A DNA stretch of 63,922 nt. Origin: a virus. Its lineage: Duplodnaviria; Caudoviricetes. The notes beneath the pieces were generated by a model. The model worked only from the letters and a program-made list of their open reading frames with translations. It was not told where the DNA came from and did not search any database. This document shows positions 9,973-21,424 of the stretch, in pieces. Numbering within the stretch: position 1 is the stretch's first letter; each line of letters opens with the position of its first letter. The DNA lies in the IMG/VR virus record IMGVR_UViG_3300035670_000198, positions 1 to 63,922 of that record; one strand, 5' to 3'. The position numbers were made by a program, and so were the translations under genes.

Positions 9973-10011
9973 GTTTTTGCTCCTGTCTTGGAGGATAAGA
10001 AATCTACTGAT

Positions 10012-10018
10012 TATTTAG
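10012..10018 (-). promoter_or_regulatory. Late promoter variant (CTAAATA)
   Basis: Intergenic, upstream of gp18. Confidence 0.7.
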
Positions 10019-10031
10019 TATTTTGGGGTTT

Positions 10032-11687
10032 CTACCGTTCAACATTAGACCAAACAGCACCATCTTCAACGAATGCAATTGGGCTTCCATGATCTACATC
10101 TAAATGTCCTGCTAAAATCGTATCCCCAATAGACTCTTCCTCGATCATTTTTAGATGTTCTTCATTGAGTTTTCTTCGGATATCGACGTTAGTCATATCT
10201 GAAAAGAACTTTTGATTAGTAAGCCAAGAGAAAAGAACCAAACACATGACAAGATCGTCATGGCTACCTTCTTCGGCTTCGAAAGTTACTCCATTACTCA
10301 CGAAAGTTGAGAGTTCAGAGATAATCTCGTAGTCTTGGATAATCAATTGCTCTCTTTCGATTAGATTTTTCAAGAGAGTGCAACCCAAACGTTTGACAGA
10401 CTTGGTTGTCTTGACGCCTCGACCGCTCTTTTGACCATAGCCAAAGTTGACCAAGAGTTTTTTATTGAGTTTAGACTTACCATGCTCGACTGTCGAGAGA
10501 ATATGTTCGTATTCGTAATCTTCGAACAGGATATCGGCAATCTGTTGACCGTTATCGTTTGTTTCAATCAACTGGTAAGCATTATTATAATACGTTCCAA
10601 CCTGTTTGAGAATTGCAGGATAGACAAGTGGACTAATCTCGTTGTCTTTATATGTTGCAACGACTTTGTATGGAAGCTCGGTTGAGTCGATTACTGTAAA
10701 CGCAGAATAGTCTAAACCCTTACCGCGAGATGTATCGACTGTTATAAAGTAAACTCTATTTGGTTTTGCTTCTTCATAAATGTTTAGATTCTCAATACCA
10801 GTCGTCATAATCGGCTTGATGAACGCCATTGCTCGAAGAGCACGAGCACTGATCAATGTACCTGATGAGCCGAGGAACTCGCATTCCATTTCCTGCATAA
10901 ACTTCTGATCGCCAAGAACACGGTACTGTTCGTCAGCCCATGCTTGATCACGACCTGGAACTTCACGCCAGTTTGCAGAGATATAAGTGAAACCGTTGTG
11001 CCCTTCAACAGCATCAGTCCACATCTTATAAAAGTGGTTCATGCCGTTTGGTGTCGAAGAAATTAGAATCTTAGAATCTTTACCAGAAGAAATGGTAGGA
11101 TATACAGAAGTGAAGAATTCGTCAGCAATATTCGTCGGGACGAATGCAAACTCGTCAAGGTATAGAAGCGAGATGGAGAAACCACGGATCGCGCTGGACG
11201 CTGTTGAGTTAGCAAGAATACGGCAACCGTTTTCTAATTCAATGTCGCCCTTGTTCCAGGTTTTGACGCCTTGCTGAATCCAAAGTGGCAATGCTTCATA
11301 TGCCAACTTGATACGATTCAAAATTTCGCGTGACGTTGCTGCTTTGTTTGCAAGAATAGCAACAGTTTTATCTTGATTGAATAGAACATACCAAAGAATG
11401 TAACCAACAACCATCGTGGTCTTACCAACCTGACGACCTGCTTTTACAATGATCTGGCGATTCTTATTGAACTTATCAATAGCGTCTTTTTGAAATGGAT
11501 ATAATCTAATTTGAGTAAAACCAGTGTCAAGCATAACGACCTTGACATAGTTCTCAATAAAATATGTTGGGCTTTCTGCGCACTTGAAGTATTCTCTGAC
11601 CTCATCTTCGGTCAGATTCAACGTCATATTGACTCGTTTTAGTCTTGGATTACCAAGATAATTTTTGATTCTACTTGGCAGATTCAT
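10032..11687 (-). CDS. gp17: Terminase large subunit
   Basis: Walker A GRQVGKTT, Walker B LYLDEFAF, STPNG, VDTSRGKGLDYS, HDDLVM. Confidence 0.98.
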   Translation of the reverse strand: MNLPSRIKNYLGNPRLKRVNMTLNLTEDEVREYFKCAESPTYFIENYVKVVMLDTGFTQIRLYPFQKDAIDKFNKNRQIIVKAGRQVGKTTMVVGYILWYVLFNQDKTVAILANKAATSREILNRIKLAYEALPLWIQQGVKTWNKGDIELENGCRILANSTASSAIRGFSISLLYLDEFAFVPTNIADEFFTSVYPTISSGKDSKILISSTPNGMNHFYKMWTDAVEGHNGFTYISANWREVPGRDQAWADEQYRVLGDQKFMQEMECEFLGSSGTLISARALRAMAFIKPIMTTGIENLNIYEEAKPNRVYFITVDTSRGKGLDYSAFTVIDSTELPYKVVATYKDNEISPLVYPAILKQVGTYYNNAYQLIETNDNGQQIADILFEDYEYEHILSTVEHGKSKLNKKLLVNFGYGQKSGRGVKTTKSVKRLGCTLLKNLIEREQLIIQDYEIISELSTFVSNGVTFEAEEGSHDDLVMCLVLFSWLTNQKFFSDMTNVDIRRKLNEEHLKMIEEESIGDTILAGHLDVDHGSPIAFVEDGAVWSNVER

Positions 11688-12084
11688 TCTTTAGTTGCTT
11701 CAATAACTCAGCAGTGCTTCCAACGAATACTGCTTTGTCTACATTGATATTTTGTGTTTGCGCTTGCTGTTCTTTTGGTATCAGATCTTTTTGCTGCTTT
11801 TGTAGGATCATCAACTTTTCTGTAACATCAGAGAGATTCTTGATCATATTAGCAGCAACTTCATACGCTCTTGGATGTTGCGATTCTCTCGCCACTTCAA
11901 GAATGCCATCCAAAGCCTCATTACCTTTTTCGATTAGATTATAATAGTTTGCGCGTGAATAATGCGCATCAGGGTTTTGTGATTCGTCCTGATGAATTGT
12001 AATGGGCTTATCTGATTTGTCGCTTACCACAGGAACATAATCAGTATTCAAAATGTCAGCAAGATTCTTATCTACATCACTCAT
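11671..12084 (-). CDS. gp16: Terminase small subunit
   Basis: ESQHPRAYEV...AVFVGSTAELLK; adjacent to gp17. Confidence 0.93.
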   Translation of the reverse strand: MSDVDKNLADILNTDYVPVVSDKSDKPITIHQDESQNPDAHYSRANYYNLIEKGNEALDGILEVARESQHPRAYEVAANMIKNLSDVTEKLMILQKQQKDLIPKEQQAQTQNINVDKAVFVGSTAELLKQLKNESAK

Positions 12085-12087
12085 ACA

Positions 12088-12855
12088 TTATAGTCCAAAT
12101 CGAGTTTTAGTTGCATTATAATTATCAGCAATTTGAGTTGTCGTCAATGCTGCATTATAAACGTATAGTGCACCAATATCTATATTAGCATAATCAGTGC
12201 CTTCTAGAATATCGCGACCAAAAACAAATGGCGCGTCAATACTTGGAATTCCTGACTCAGTATTATTTGCAGAAATGATTGCAGTTGAGTTGTCGTTTAC
12301 ATACACCAAACTTGGGCTACCAGCACCACCACCAAACCTTACAATCGCAGTGACAAATATCCATGTGTTCAAATTGAACACATTATTTCCACTATTATAT
12401 CCACCATTTACTGCTGAGCCATTCATTTGCAGTCTCAAGATGTTTCCAGTTTTTATTGCTAAACTATAACCATCATATGTTGGCGAACCATATTGTTTAC
12501 CCCAAATACCATCATTATCATCATAACTTTTGATACGAACCCAAGTTTGAATTGTTCTTGTTCCACCGACGGTTGCTCTCATATTTGCACTATCAGCAAT
12601 TTGAATCGTATCGTTCACACCATCAAATGAAAAATATCCGCCATTACTTGAGCTGAATGTTGGACCATTTATAGTTCCGTCATTTGATCCTTGTATATCC
12701 GTCCAAGTTGAACCTGATCCAGAGTAACTGCTGCTTTCACTTGCGTCTAGATAAGCCAACAATCCAGTGGTCAAAATTGAACCTGATGGTGGTGGCGCTA
12801 CTGCCACTTTCATCTTTCCAAATCTAAATGTGCCGCTAAATCCGCTGAACATCAT
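12088..12855 (-). CDS. LamG/concanavalin-like lectin domain protein (putative adhesin)
   Basis: GLLAYLDA...SYSGSGSTWTD...FSFDGVND...VYNAALT..QIADNYNATKTRFGL. Confidence 0.85.
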   Translation of the reverse strand: MMFSGFSGTFRFGKMKVAVAPPPSGSILTTGLLAYLDASESSSYSGSGSTWTDIQGSNDGTINGPTFSSSNGGYFSFDGVNDTIQIADSANMRATVGGTRTIQTWVRIKSYDDNDGIWGKQYGSPTYDGYSLAIKTGNILRLQMNGSAVNGGYNSGNNVFNLNTWIFVTAIVRFGGGAGSPSLVYVNDNSTAIISANNTESGIPSIDAPFVFGRDILEGTDYANIDIGALYVYNAALTTTQIADNYNATKTRFGL

Positions 12856-13382
12856 ATCCCCATCGTGCTAGAATTATAGAACGTGCGACCTGTTGTCGTC
12901 GGTGTTTTTGATATTGTTGGTGTTGAAAACTGGAATGTGCAAATATCGCCACCGCCCATTTCACCAAACTGAATTCTTATTGGATAGTATATCCCTGCGC
13001 TTAGAGCAATACTTCCGCTGACTTCAGTCGGACCATGTAAACCACCATTATTGATCAATGCATTTCCAGTGGTAAATCCAGAGATAGCATTTGATCCCAA
13101 CCACATATAAGACGCATCATCACTACTCAAATAAAAAGTATATGTTTCAGTTGTTGCTGGTCTAAAGTAACCCAACCACTGATAACTGAAATTGTCACCA
13201 TCTTCATTGGCTGATTCAGATATTGAATTGACTTGAATTGTAGTAGAAGATACTGGCTGCGTAGCAAACCACGCAACGTTGTCAGCAAAATAGCCGCCGT
13301 TGTATCTTCGCGCAACAATACCAGGCAGGTAGGAGAGTGACCTCCTACCAAATGACCTGGATCCAGTAAAAGAACTAAACAT
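12852..13382 (-). CDS. PA14/GLEYA carbohydrate-binding domain protein
   Basis: FSYQWLGYF...YTFYLSSDDASYMW...NNGGLHG...YYPIRIQFGE.GGG (PA14 DD motif). Confidence 0.88.
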   Translation of the reverse strand: MFSSFTGSRSFGRRSLSYLPGIVARRYNGGYFADNVAWFATQPVSSTTIQVNSISESANEDGDNFSYQWLGYFRPATTETYTFYLSSDDASYMWLGSNAISGFTTGNALINNGGLHGPTEVSGSIALSAGIYYPIRIQFGEMGGGDICTFQFSTPTISKTPTTTGRTFYNSSTMGI

Positions 13383-13385
13383 AGA

Positions 13386-16190
13386 TTATCCGAAGGTCGT
13401 CAATTGACCAAGAGTAATCCAAGTTCCGTTATCATTCACAACACTGAACGAGACAACATCTTTCTTGCTTGCGCTACCAGCTGGTTGCGTACCACCTTGC
13501 CATACAACAGTTTGTGCTTGACCACCAATTTGTACAGCAGTTGGAACATACGCAGGTGTGCCTTGATTCAACACTAGTGTTAGCGCAGTTGCAGTATTTG
13601 CAGGAATTGTTACATTCGTGAAGTTTGCAGTAAAGTTCGCACTGATGCTTGAGTGGACAAAGATATGACCAAGGCTGCAATCATGCGTCACAGTTCCAGT
13701 TGCGGCTGATAATGTGTTTGTTGTCTCAAACACTTGTTTGACGTTCAATGCGTTAGTTGTCACGCTAGTAAAGATAACAGGATCAGCAACATTCAATGAT
13801 TGATCATATCCTGCCCCAGCTGGACCAGTTGGACCTTGCGGACCTGTGGCACCAGTATCACCCCTGTCACCAGTACGAGCAAATGTGATCAACACATCTT
13901 CAGAGCCACTAAATGTCGAAGCACTACCAGAAACATAAGAACAATTTACTTCGAAGTAACTTGTCTTATCTGTTAGGCTATTGACAACAAACAAAGCAAA
14001 GTCACTTGGATCAGACTTATTGCTAATCTTGAAGTGTCCCTTGATTGTTGATGTTGAGTCATCAATCGTAGCAAGGAAGTTATAGATATTTGTACCATTG
14101 TCATCAAGGTAATCAATCCACAAACGATCTGCAGAAGTTACAGTTCCATTATTCAACTTCAACATACCTTGACCAGGATCACTATCGCTAGTGTCTGCAT
14201 CAAAAGTGAAGTCAAACGTTGCACCACCAAATCCACCAGTAGCGCCAGTTGGACCAGTTGGACCTTGTGGACCAACTTCGCCTTGAACGCCTTGTGGACC
14301 TTGTGGACCTTGAGGACCAGTATCACCAATCACACCTTGCGGACCCTGTGGACCCTGTGGACCTTCAACACCCTGTGGACCTTGAGGACCGACAACACCT
14401 TGCGGACCCTGAGGACCCTGTGGACCTTGCGGACCATCAACGCCTTGAGGACCCTGTGGACCCTGTGGACCAAGATCACCTTGTGGACCTTGTGGACCTT
14501 GTGGACCAGCAGCGCCAGTATCACCCTTGTCACCAGTACGAGCAAATGTGATCACAATATCTTCTGAGTCACTGAAGCTGCTTGCGCTACCTGAAACGTA
14601 TGCGCAATCGACTTCAAAGTAGCCAGTACGATCTGTCAATCCACTAATTGTATACAACGCAAAGTCGGCAGAATTATTCTTGTTGCTAATTCTGAAGTGA
14701 CCTTTGATTGTTGACGTTGAATCATCAATTGTTGTCAAGAAGTTTTGAACTTGTGTTCCGTTATCGTCAAGGTAATCAATCCACAATTTATCTGCGGCTG
14801 TGATTGTCGTATTGTTCAAACGGAGTTTGCCAGTGCCTGGATCGCCTTGGAAGTCATTTGCACTAAACGTATAGTCAAATGTTGCTCCACCAAAGTTACC
14901 TGTTGCACCAGTTGGTCCTTGTGGACCTTGTGGACCTTGCGGACCCTCAACACCCTGAGGACCTTGTGGACCTTGTGGACCTTGTGGACCCTCAACACCC
15001 TGTGGACCCTGCGGACCTTGCGGACCTTGTGGACCTTCTACGCCTTGTGGACCTTGAGGACCTTCTGGACCTTGTGGACCCTGTGGACCTTGAGGACCAG
15101 CAACGTTTGATACGCCAGATGGACCTTGAGGACCTTCAGGACCTTGCGGACCCTGTGGACCTTGTGGACCGCCTGAAGGACCAGATGGACCAGATGGACC
15201 TTGTGGACCAGTCTCGCCCTTGTCACCAGTACGAGCAAATGTAATTAGAATTTCTTCACCAGAATCGAAAGTCGATGCACTACCAGAAACAAATGCGCAG
15301 TCGACTTCAAAATATGAAGTCTTGTCAGTCAAGTTACTAATAGTGAATAGCGCAAAGTCTGATGAATTTGCTTTATTTGTGATGCGGAAGTGACCTTTGA
15401 TCAATGATGTTGAGTCATCGATTGTAGCAAGATAGTTTTGAATATCCGTACCGCTTTCATCAACATAATCAATCCAAAGTTTATCAGCAAGAGTAACAGA
15501 ACCATTGTTCAATTTCAATGAACTGTTGCCTGGATCTGTATCTGATGTATCAGTTTGGAAATTATATGCGAACGTTGCACCACCAAAGCCGCCTTGAGCA
15601 CCTGTTGGACCCTGTGGACCTTGCGGACCCTGTGGACCAACATCACCAGTTACACCTTGTGGACCTTGAGGACCTTCTGGACCTTGTGGACCTTCTGGAC
15701 CTTGCGGACCAACAACACCTTGAGGACCTTCTGGTCCTTGTGGACCTTCTGGACCTTGAGGACCAACATCGCCTTGTGGACCTTGAGGACCCTCAGGACC
15801 TTGCGGACCTTCTGGACCTTGTGGTCCAACGTCGCCTTGTGGACCTTGAGGACCTTCTGGACCAGTCGGACCTTCAGGACCTTGAGGACCTTCAGGACCT
15901 TGTGGACCTGGAACATTTGAAACGCCAGATGGACCTTGAGGACCTTCAGGACCTTGCGGACCTTCTGGACCTTGTGGACCAACAACGCCCTGTGGACCTT
16001 CTGGACCAGATGGACCTGATGGACCAACAATACCACCGTATGCTAGTAAATTCCAAGCAGTGACACCGTCACCGACTTTGAATTGGCTTGAGTCTGTTTC
16101 TAGACCAAATTCACCAATTGCTAGAACTGTATTTGCCGCAGCCCATTCTGCTGCTGTGCCGCGACGAAATTGAAGTTGAATATATGCCAT
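13386..16190 (-). CDS. Collagen-like fibre protein with Mtd-N/hyaluronidase-N-like anchor, three repeated globular domains and a C-terminal adaptor domain
   Basis: [13 protein letters not shown]...[15 protein letters not shown]; long GPQ runs; three GGATF...TFARTGD domains. Confidence 0.88.
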   Translation of the reverse strand: MAYIQLQFRRGTAAEWAAANTVLAIGEFGLETDSSQFKVGDGVTAWNLLAYGGIVGPSGPSGPEGPQGVVGPQGPEGPQGPEGPQGPSGVSNVPGPQGPEGPQGPEGPTGPEGPQGPQGDVGPQGPEGPQGPEGPQGPQGDVGPQGPEGPQGPEGPQGVVGPQGPEGPQGPEGPQGPQGVTGDVGPQGPQGPQGPTGAQGGFGGATFAYNFQTDTSDTDPGNSSLKLNNGSVTLADKLWIDYVDESGTDIQNYLATIDDSTSLIKGHFRITNKANSSDFALFTISNLTDKTSYFEVDCAFVSGSASTFDSGEEILITFARTGDKGETGPQGPSGPSGPSGGPQGPQGPQGPEGPQGPSGVSNVAGPQGPQGPQGPEGPQGPQGVEGPQGPQGPQGPQGVEGPQGPQGPQGPQGVEGPQGPQGPQGPTGATGNFGGATFDYTFSANDFQGDPGTGKLRLNNTTITAADKLWIDYLDDNGTQVQNFLTTIDDSTSTIKGHFRISNKNNSADFALYTISGLTDRTGYFEVDCAYVSGSASSFSDSEDIVITFARTGDKGDTGAAGPQGPQGPQGDLGPQGPQGPQGVDGPQGPQGPQGPQGVVGPQGPQGVEGPQGPQGPQGVIGDTGPQGPQGPQGVQGEVGPQGPTGPTGATGGFGGATFDFTFDADTSDSDPGQGMLKLNNGTVTSADRLWIDYLDDNGTNIYNFLATIDDSTSTIKGHFKISNKSDPSDFALFVVNSLTDKTSYFEVNCSYVSGSASTFSGSEDVLITFARTGDRGDTGATGPQGPTGPAGAGYDQSLNVADPVIFTSVTTNALNVKQVFETTNTLSAATGTVTHDCSLGHIFVHSSISANFTANFTNVTIPANTATALTLVLNQGTPAYVPTAVQIGGQAQTVVWQGGTQPAGSASKKDVVSFSVVNDNGTWITLGQLTTFG

Positions 16191-16191
16191 G

Positions 16192-17361
16192 TTAGGTTAC
16201 GCCTCCGCAATTGATATTTAGTCCTACGCTAAAGTCTGTATCTGGTCTGCCGCCATCATATACAACAGCACCGATTGGTCCTTGTGGTCCTTGTGGTCCA
16301 GTTTCACCATTGACGCCACTTGGTCCTTGTGGACCTTCTGGTCCTGTTGGTCCTTGTGGACCCGTTTCACCATTGACGCCACTTGGTCCTTGTGGACCTT
16401 CTGGTCCTGTTGGTCCTTGTGGACCAGAAGGACCTTGCGGACCCGTATCTCCATTAGCGCCACTTGGTCCTGGTGGACCAGGTAATCCAGTAGGACCTTG
16501 CGGACCTTCAGGACCAGTTGGACCAGCATCGCCAGTTGCGCCAGTTGGTCCTTGAGGACCAGTATCACCAGTTGATCCAGATGGTCCAGTTGGTCCTTGT
16601 GGACCTGTTGCGCCTGTGTCGCCACGATCACCAGTGCGTGCAAAAGTAATGATCACATCTTCACCGTTTTCAAATAATGTTCCAGTTAGATTGCCATCTC
16701 CTGAAACATATGCGCAACCTATTTCAAAATAGTCGCCATGATCAATTAGTGATGAAATAGTGTATAGAACAAATGAAGCGGTATTGGTTTTGTTTGCTAC
16801 TCTAAAGTGACCTTTGATTGCTGATGTTGAATCGTCGACCGTCAATAAAAAATTACTAATATCATTTCCACCATCATCTAATTCATGAATGGTCAATTCA
16901 TTAGCCAATGTCAAATTAGAAGCATTGAGTTTTAGTTTACCAGCTCCTGGATCAGTGCTGCTGGTATTGGTATCAAACGTATAGTCAAATGTTGCGCCGC
17001 CAAAATTTCCCGCCTCACCTTTTGGTCCTTGCGGACCTTGTGGACCTTGTGGACCATCGATACCAGCAGCACCGCTTGGTCCTTGCGGACCTAAATCACC
17101 AGCAACGCCTTGTGGACCTTGAGGACCTGTGTCACCAGTCACACCACTTGGTCCACTTGGTCCTTGAGGACCAATTTCTCCAGCAATACCTTGCGGACCA
17201 GTCGGACCTTGCGGACCCTGCGGACCTTGTGGACCTGTGTCGGCACCAGCACCAGCATACAAATCAGTGAAGTTTTCGTTTACTTTTTCAAACGCTTCAC
17301 GAATTGTATCGCCAGTTCCGTCATTAGGTGCTGCGCCAATATCGATTATTTGTTGTGTCAT
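16192..17361 (-). CDS. Short collagen-like fibre protein with gp9/gp10-like N-terminal anchor
   Basis: [26 protein letters not shown]; Gly-Pro-X runs; one GGATF...TFARTGD domain. Confidence 0.85.
   Translation of the reverse strand: MTQQIIDIGAAPNDGTGDTIREAFEKVNENFTDLYAGAGADTGPQGPQGPQGPTGPQGIAGEIGPQGPSGPSGVTGDTGPQGPQGVAGDLGPQGPSGAAGIDGPQGPQGPQGPKGEAGNFGGATFDYTFDTNTSSTDPGAGKLKLNASNLTLANELTIHELDDGGNDISNFLLTVDDSTSAIKGHFRVANKTNTASFVLYTISSLIDHGDYFEIGCAYVSGDGNLTGTLFENGEDVIITFARTGDRGDTGATGPQGPTGPSGSTGDTGPQGPTGATGDAGPTGPEGPQGPTGLPGPPGPSGANGDTGPQGPSGPQGPTGPEGPQGPSGVNGETGPQGPTGPEGPQGPSGVNGETGPQGPQGPIGAVVYDGGRPDTDFSVGLNINCGGVT
16286..16412. repeat. Near-perfect 63-bp tandem duplication in collagen coding sequence
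   Basis: [21 protein letters not shown] encoded twice with almost identical DNA; ends approximate. Confidence 0.8.
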
Positions 17362-17372
17362 CTCTTATTCTC

Positions 17373-18440
17373 TTAGAAATTGTCGTCAACTGTTTTATTT
17401 CCACTATCAACGCTGATAAGTGTACTATCAACTCTGTCATCAAAGAAGTATGGATACTCTTGTAATATTTCTGTAAATCCAAACGCTGTATCTGCATTTG
17501 CATTCATAGGATCTGGGTAGATAATTTGTCTTACTAGTTGTCTATCAGCAACGCTGAATGATGCGATATTCCAGGAAGCGTTGCTAACTGCGCCAGTCAT
17601 GTATCTACCCTCTCTTAGAATTCCATTTGTATCTACTACAATCATAGTGTTACTGTCTGAATTCCAAGAATGTACAAAGGCTGTTGCATTTGCAGAAGCC
17701 AAAGTTCTACCTTCATAAATCAGTTCGCCGACTTTGAATGTACCATTGCCAGCGCTGAATATAATCTCACGCTCATTGACTTGATTGAATGTACTATCGT
17801 ATGTATTTGCTGTTGCTTTACGAATAATCTTCGATTCAGTCGTAGCGCCATACATGTAACCTTTCGCTGTAAATGTGAGTGTCCAAATAATAATTCTCAC
17901 AGGATCTGGACCACCAACGTCATCAACATCTTGAGTAATTGAATTTAGAATAAACGGCACATCAATCTTTTCGCTTGGTATTCCAACCAAATCCATTGTT
18001 ACTGTATAATCTGGCGCGAAGTATGGCAAAATTTGTTCAATGATTTGAGTGCCATCTTCGACATTTCTTACATAAATGCTCAATGTAAAATCAAAGTTAT
18101 ATGGAGTTGATCTTACATTTTTTACTTTTGAGTTTGTTTCTCCGTTAGAAAAACTATTTGTGAAATTGCTGCGTTTGCGCAACGGATCATATGTGATGCC
18201 AGCAAGTTCAAAACTCATACGTGGCAGCGTCATCATTGTTTCTTTTGTCAACTCAGGATCTTGTGTGATGCGCTGATAGAATTTTTCTTTTTGAGAGTAC
18301 ATCAACGGAACATTGATACGTTCAATCTCTTGAGTTCCTGCTTTATTGTATCTCTTGAGCATGATGTTGTTGAACATCGTGCCAAAAGCAACGACCATCT
18401 TGCGAGTAATTCTGTGATAAAAATGAACGTTTGATAACAT
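17373..18440 (-). CDS. gp15: Tail sheath stabilizer / terminator
   Basis: HFYH...VAFGTMFNNI...VPLMY...TLPRMSFE...QIIEQILPYF.P. Confidence 0.95.
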   Translation of the reverse strand: MLSNVHFYHRITRKMVVAFGTMFNNIMLKRYNKAGTQEIERINVPLMYSQKEKFYQRITQDPELTKETMMTLPRMSFELAGITYDPLRKRSNFTNSFSNGETNSKVKNVRSTPYNFDFTLSIYVRNVEDGTQIIEQILPYFAPDYTVTMDLVGIPSEKIDVPFILNSITQDVDDVGGPDPVRIIIWTLTFTAKGYMYGATTESKIIRKATANTYDSTFNQVNEREIIFSAGNGTFKVGELIYEGRTLASANATAFVHSWNSDSNTMIVVDTNGILREGRYMTGAVSNASWNIASFSVADRQLVRQIIYPDPMNANADTAFGFTEILQEYPYFFDDRVDSTLISVDSGNKTVDDNF

Positions 18441-19327
18441 TATACTTCACCAAATGGATTTGCTTCGCTGAAGTCGAGAATATTATCTGCTTCTTGTTCA
18501 ATACGTTCGTTATCTTCAATATTCTCAAAGTTGGAGTTGCGCATTACATCGGCTTCGTTAGTAATATACCATTGTGCGCCGCTACTGTTTCCTTTGACAA
18601 CAGAACCAGTTACAAATGAGCCTTTGATATTTCGAAGTTTGAGTTTTCTAGATGGTTTGTCCCAATCAGCAACAACTGCTTTTGCCACAGCATCTTCAAG
18701 TGATGTTCCTTGGTATACCCATTCTAGATCAGTGAATGTTCCAGATCCACCAGAATCCATAGTAAAGTCGAGTGCATATGCTTGTACATTTGGAATGCGA
18801 TCAATTTCTGTGACACCCGTTTGTAAAAGTTCACCGTTATATTTGAATGCTTCCATCGTCAATCCATACATGTATGGATTTTTAGAGTCGCGACCCAATT
18901 GAAAGAAATTCTTCTCTTCTTCAACAAACTTGATTTCCATCAATTTGAATTGAACAGGTAGATAAACTAGATCACCTTCTTTAGGCACAATATGAGTTTC
19001 AGGAAACTGTCTAGTCACCAAACGTTCGAATGATCGGCGAGACATACAAAGGCGAGCTGTTTCTTGTAGTTCTAATCCAAACTTGCTAAAAAATTCTTGG
19101 TTTCCTTCATAGTTTTGAAATGTTTCAAGATACATCTCAATCTTGATCGCATGACGATAGCATTTGACGGGATCATCACCGAACAATTCATCTGTAGATG
19201 ATTGCGATTCTCTTGGAAGATAATAAACATCGATTCCGTGATTTCGGATAGACTCGATGATCAAATCTTCGAGCAGCTGCTGCTCAACAGTTGCTCTTTG
19301 ATTATTGAAATATACACTAGTTGGCAT
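18440..19327 (-). CDS. gp14: Neck protein
   Basis: EQQLLEDLIIESI..HGIDVYYLPRE...FFSKFGL...PKEGDLVY...FFQLG...DFSEANPFGE. Confidence 0.95.
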   Translation of the reverse strand: MPTSVYFNNQRATVEQQLLEDLIIESIRNHGIDVYYLPRESQSSTDELFGDDPVKCYRHAIKIEMYLETFQNYEGNQEFFSKFGLELQETARLCMSRRSFERLVTRQFPETHIVPKEGDLVYLPVQFKLMEIKFVEEEKNFFQLGRDSKNPYMYGLTMEAFKYNGELLQTGVTEIDRIPNVQAYALDFTMDSGGSGTFTDLEWVYQGTSLEDAVAKAVVADWDKPSRKLKLRNIKGSFVTGSVVKGNSSGAQWYITNEADVMRNSNFENIEDNERIEQEADNILDFSEANPFGEV

Positions 19328-19329
19328 TA

Positions 19330-20088
19330 TTATCCTACAATGAAGGGTGTTGGCTCTTCGTAAGTGTCGCGAAGTTTTTCTTCTAATTTCTCAACTTCAG
19401 CACTTGCCTCGTCATAAATTTGCTGACCATTGATTGTCAAACCACCTGGAAGAACATAGTTACCATATTTCTTTAGATTTGTGCCCCACTGCTGTTTGAA
19501 GAGAGCTGTGGTATAGTCTCTCATCCAACCGTCATTATAGATTTCAGTATAAACTTCTGGATTGGTAATTCTATGACATTCGAACGCAAGATATGCATTG
19601 TCTTTGAATTTATCCCAATCCATAAAAATTTTCAGCTGATTCACTTTCTTATTATAAGTGAATGGCGGCAATCCCGTAACAATCATATCAAGCATTGCAA
19701 GATGTTCGCGAGCAATCACATAATAGGTGTATGAAGAGGCGGTTAGATTGTAAAAGTCGTTCAAACGCAACTGATAGTTGATGTCGAACATATTGAAACC
19801 GCTCGAAGACGTCGAAGATTGAATTGCTCCAGAAAATGGAAACACTCGAGTGACGCCAATAATAGAATCTGCTAGAGTAATATAGGTGTTTGAAATGTCT
19901 GCTTCCGTCACCTGATATGACAAAAAGCAGCGTTCTGTTCCATCAAAATGGTAGTTTTTGTATAGATACAGCGCGTCATCGATACGATCTTCGAGTTGAT
20001 CGTCGTCGACATTGATATCGATAACTGGAAATCCTAATCTTCGAAGACAATAATCTTTGAGTTGCGCACGAGATGTTGGCTGAGACAT
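19330..20088 (-). CDS. gp13: Neck protein
   Basis: LKDYCLRRLGFPVIDINVDDDQ...QWGTNLKKY...LPGGLTING. Confidence 0.96.
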   Translation of the reverse strand: MSQPTSRAQLKDYCLRRLGFPVIDINVDDDQLEDRIDDALYLYKNYHFDGTERCFLSYQVTEADISNTYITLADSIIGVTRVFPFSGAIQSSTSSSGFNMFDINYQLRLNDFYNLTASSYTYYVIAREHLAMLDMIVTGLPPFTYNKKVNQLKIFMDWDKFKDNAYLAFECHRITNPEVYTEIYNDGWMRDYTTALFKQQWGTNLKKYGNYVLPGGLTINGQQIYDEASAEVEKLEEKLRDTYEEPTPFIVG

Positions 20089-20111
20089 GTAGAACCTCGC
20101 TAATTATTGTA

Positions 20112-20118
20112 TATTTAG
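20112..20118 (-). promoter_or_regulatory. Late promoter variant (CTAAATA)
   Basis: Upstream of gp13 and its GAGG SD. Confidence 0.65.
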
Positions 20119-20119
20119 T

Positions 20120-20866
20120 TTATGCGATAAGTGTCCCATCTCTCGAACTATAAACTTTGTCTGGATGCATATGGGCAAATTGTTCCCAGTTTGGTTCCCC
20201 TGGAAGGATTCTTCGACCCGTAGATTCTTCCCCAATATGCTCTATAATGTTCTTTCCTTGAGCGTTTTTTAGGATTGCAGAGTACATTTTCTCGAAAAAG
20301 TCGAGATAAACCATAATCATTCCTTCATTTATCGTAAACTTCCAGTATTCTCTAAATGGATAATTGATAATACTGCGGCGATAAAACGAGAAAATAATCG
20401 GAAATTGTTTCGTATTCTTGCTGTAATAATACTGTTTGATTGGAGTATCCGTTTCCTCAACCTGCGGTGGCTTCTCATGAAAATACCACTCTTGTCTCTG
20501 AAGAACGACAGACGCCATTTTAGGATCTGATTCTAGAATTTCGATCATATCATCGAGCCGAACTGGCTCTTTTAGGACAACATCGTCCTCTTGGTGAATG
20601 ATATAATCATAGTCGGTAGTCTTTAGATAATCGAAAAACTCGGTCCAAGTAACTGATAATCCTAGATTATCTTTATGTAAATTGAGTTTGAATCCGTGCG
20701 TTTTTCCGATCAGATCGAAAATATTATTGTTTCGAGTTCTTGGATAATCATCGATAATCAATCGATCGACCTGATGCCCACAATAATCTAGAAAGTGCAA
20801 TGATTCTAGACTCTTTGTAAGATACTGGAGCCGATTACAGGAAAAGATTACATGCAGGACTTTCAT
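20120..20866 (-). CDS. GT-A fold glycosyltransferase (GT2-like)
   Basis: VIFSCNRLQYL..SL...IIDD...NLGL...DYIIHQEDD...IEHIG. Confidence 0.8.
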   Translation of the reverse strand: MKVLHVIFSCNRLQYLTKSLESLHFLDYCGHQVDRLIIDDYPRTRNNNIFDLIGKTHGFKLNLHKDNLGLSVTWTEFFDYLKTTDYDYIIHQEDDVVLKEPVRLDDMIEILESDPKMASVVLQRQEWYFHEKPPQVEETDTPIKQYYYSKNTKQFPIIFSFYRRSIINYPFREYWKFTINEGMIMVYLDFFEKMYSAILKNAQGKNIIEHIGEESTGRRILPGEPNWEQFAHMHPDKVYSSRDGTLIA

Positions 20867-21414
20867 CAGTATTCAGTATTGAAGAAGAAAGTTTGAAACA
20901 AACGACCTGAGTGTAGCGTGCTACCGAAATAATCTAACGAAGCATGAAATAGATTACCGCGATAGAGAACGAGGCGATTATACTTGTTTGCGATATAATC
21001 GGTCATTTCCCATTTGGTATAATCGTATCCCTCATAGTCTTTCCCATCTCTCTCATATTGCCCACTTGCTTTATGACGATAGAGAGCAGTTCCTGAAGAC
21101 AGCGGAGCATCAGGAGTTAGATAGCAAACACCAGCCCAAGTATTATACTGATCAGCGTGGATCCAAGTTCTATCTTGGGCGGTGCAAATTTGAAAAGCGC
21201 CAGTATATCCTGAATCTTCAAACCAATAAGTCACTTCACCGCCAGCATAACGAACGATATCGCCGATCGTCTTTTTGGTATCTTCAGTGAGGAATGGTTT
21301 CGTGCGAAGTCCAGGATAGTTTCCAGAAACTTCAAACTTCTGGCTTAGAGCAAATTCTCTGACTGTATCTGGATTGCCGTAGAAATCGTCAATGATAATG
21401 GTTTTGATCTTCAT
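20866..21414 (-). CDS. 2OG-Fe(II) oxygenase-like protein (DUF6445-like)
   Basis: Start reassigned to MKIKTIIIDDFY (GAAGG SD); NYPGLRT, WIHAD (HxD), WAGVCYL, NRLVLY..NLFHAS, RLFQTFF. Confidence 0.8.
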   Translation of the reverse strand: MKIKTIIIDDFYGNPDTVREFALSQKFEVSGNYPGLRTKPFLTEDTKKTIGDIVRYAGGEVTYWFEDSGYTGAFQICTAQDRTWIHADQYNTWAGVCYLTPDAPLSSGTALYRHKASGQYERDGKDYEGYDYTKWEMTDYIANKYNRLVLYRGNLFHASLDYFGSTLHSGRLFQTFFFNTEY

Positions 21415-21424
21415 GATTGCACCT

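Noticed and set aside
16030-16190. Diversity-generating retroelement suggested by the Mtd-like N-terminus
   Set aside because: Only the anchor domain is present; no reverse transcriptase or adenine-specific TR/VR pair seen in the window.
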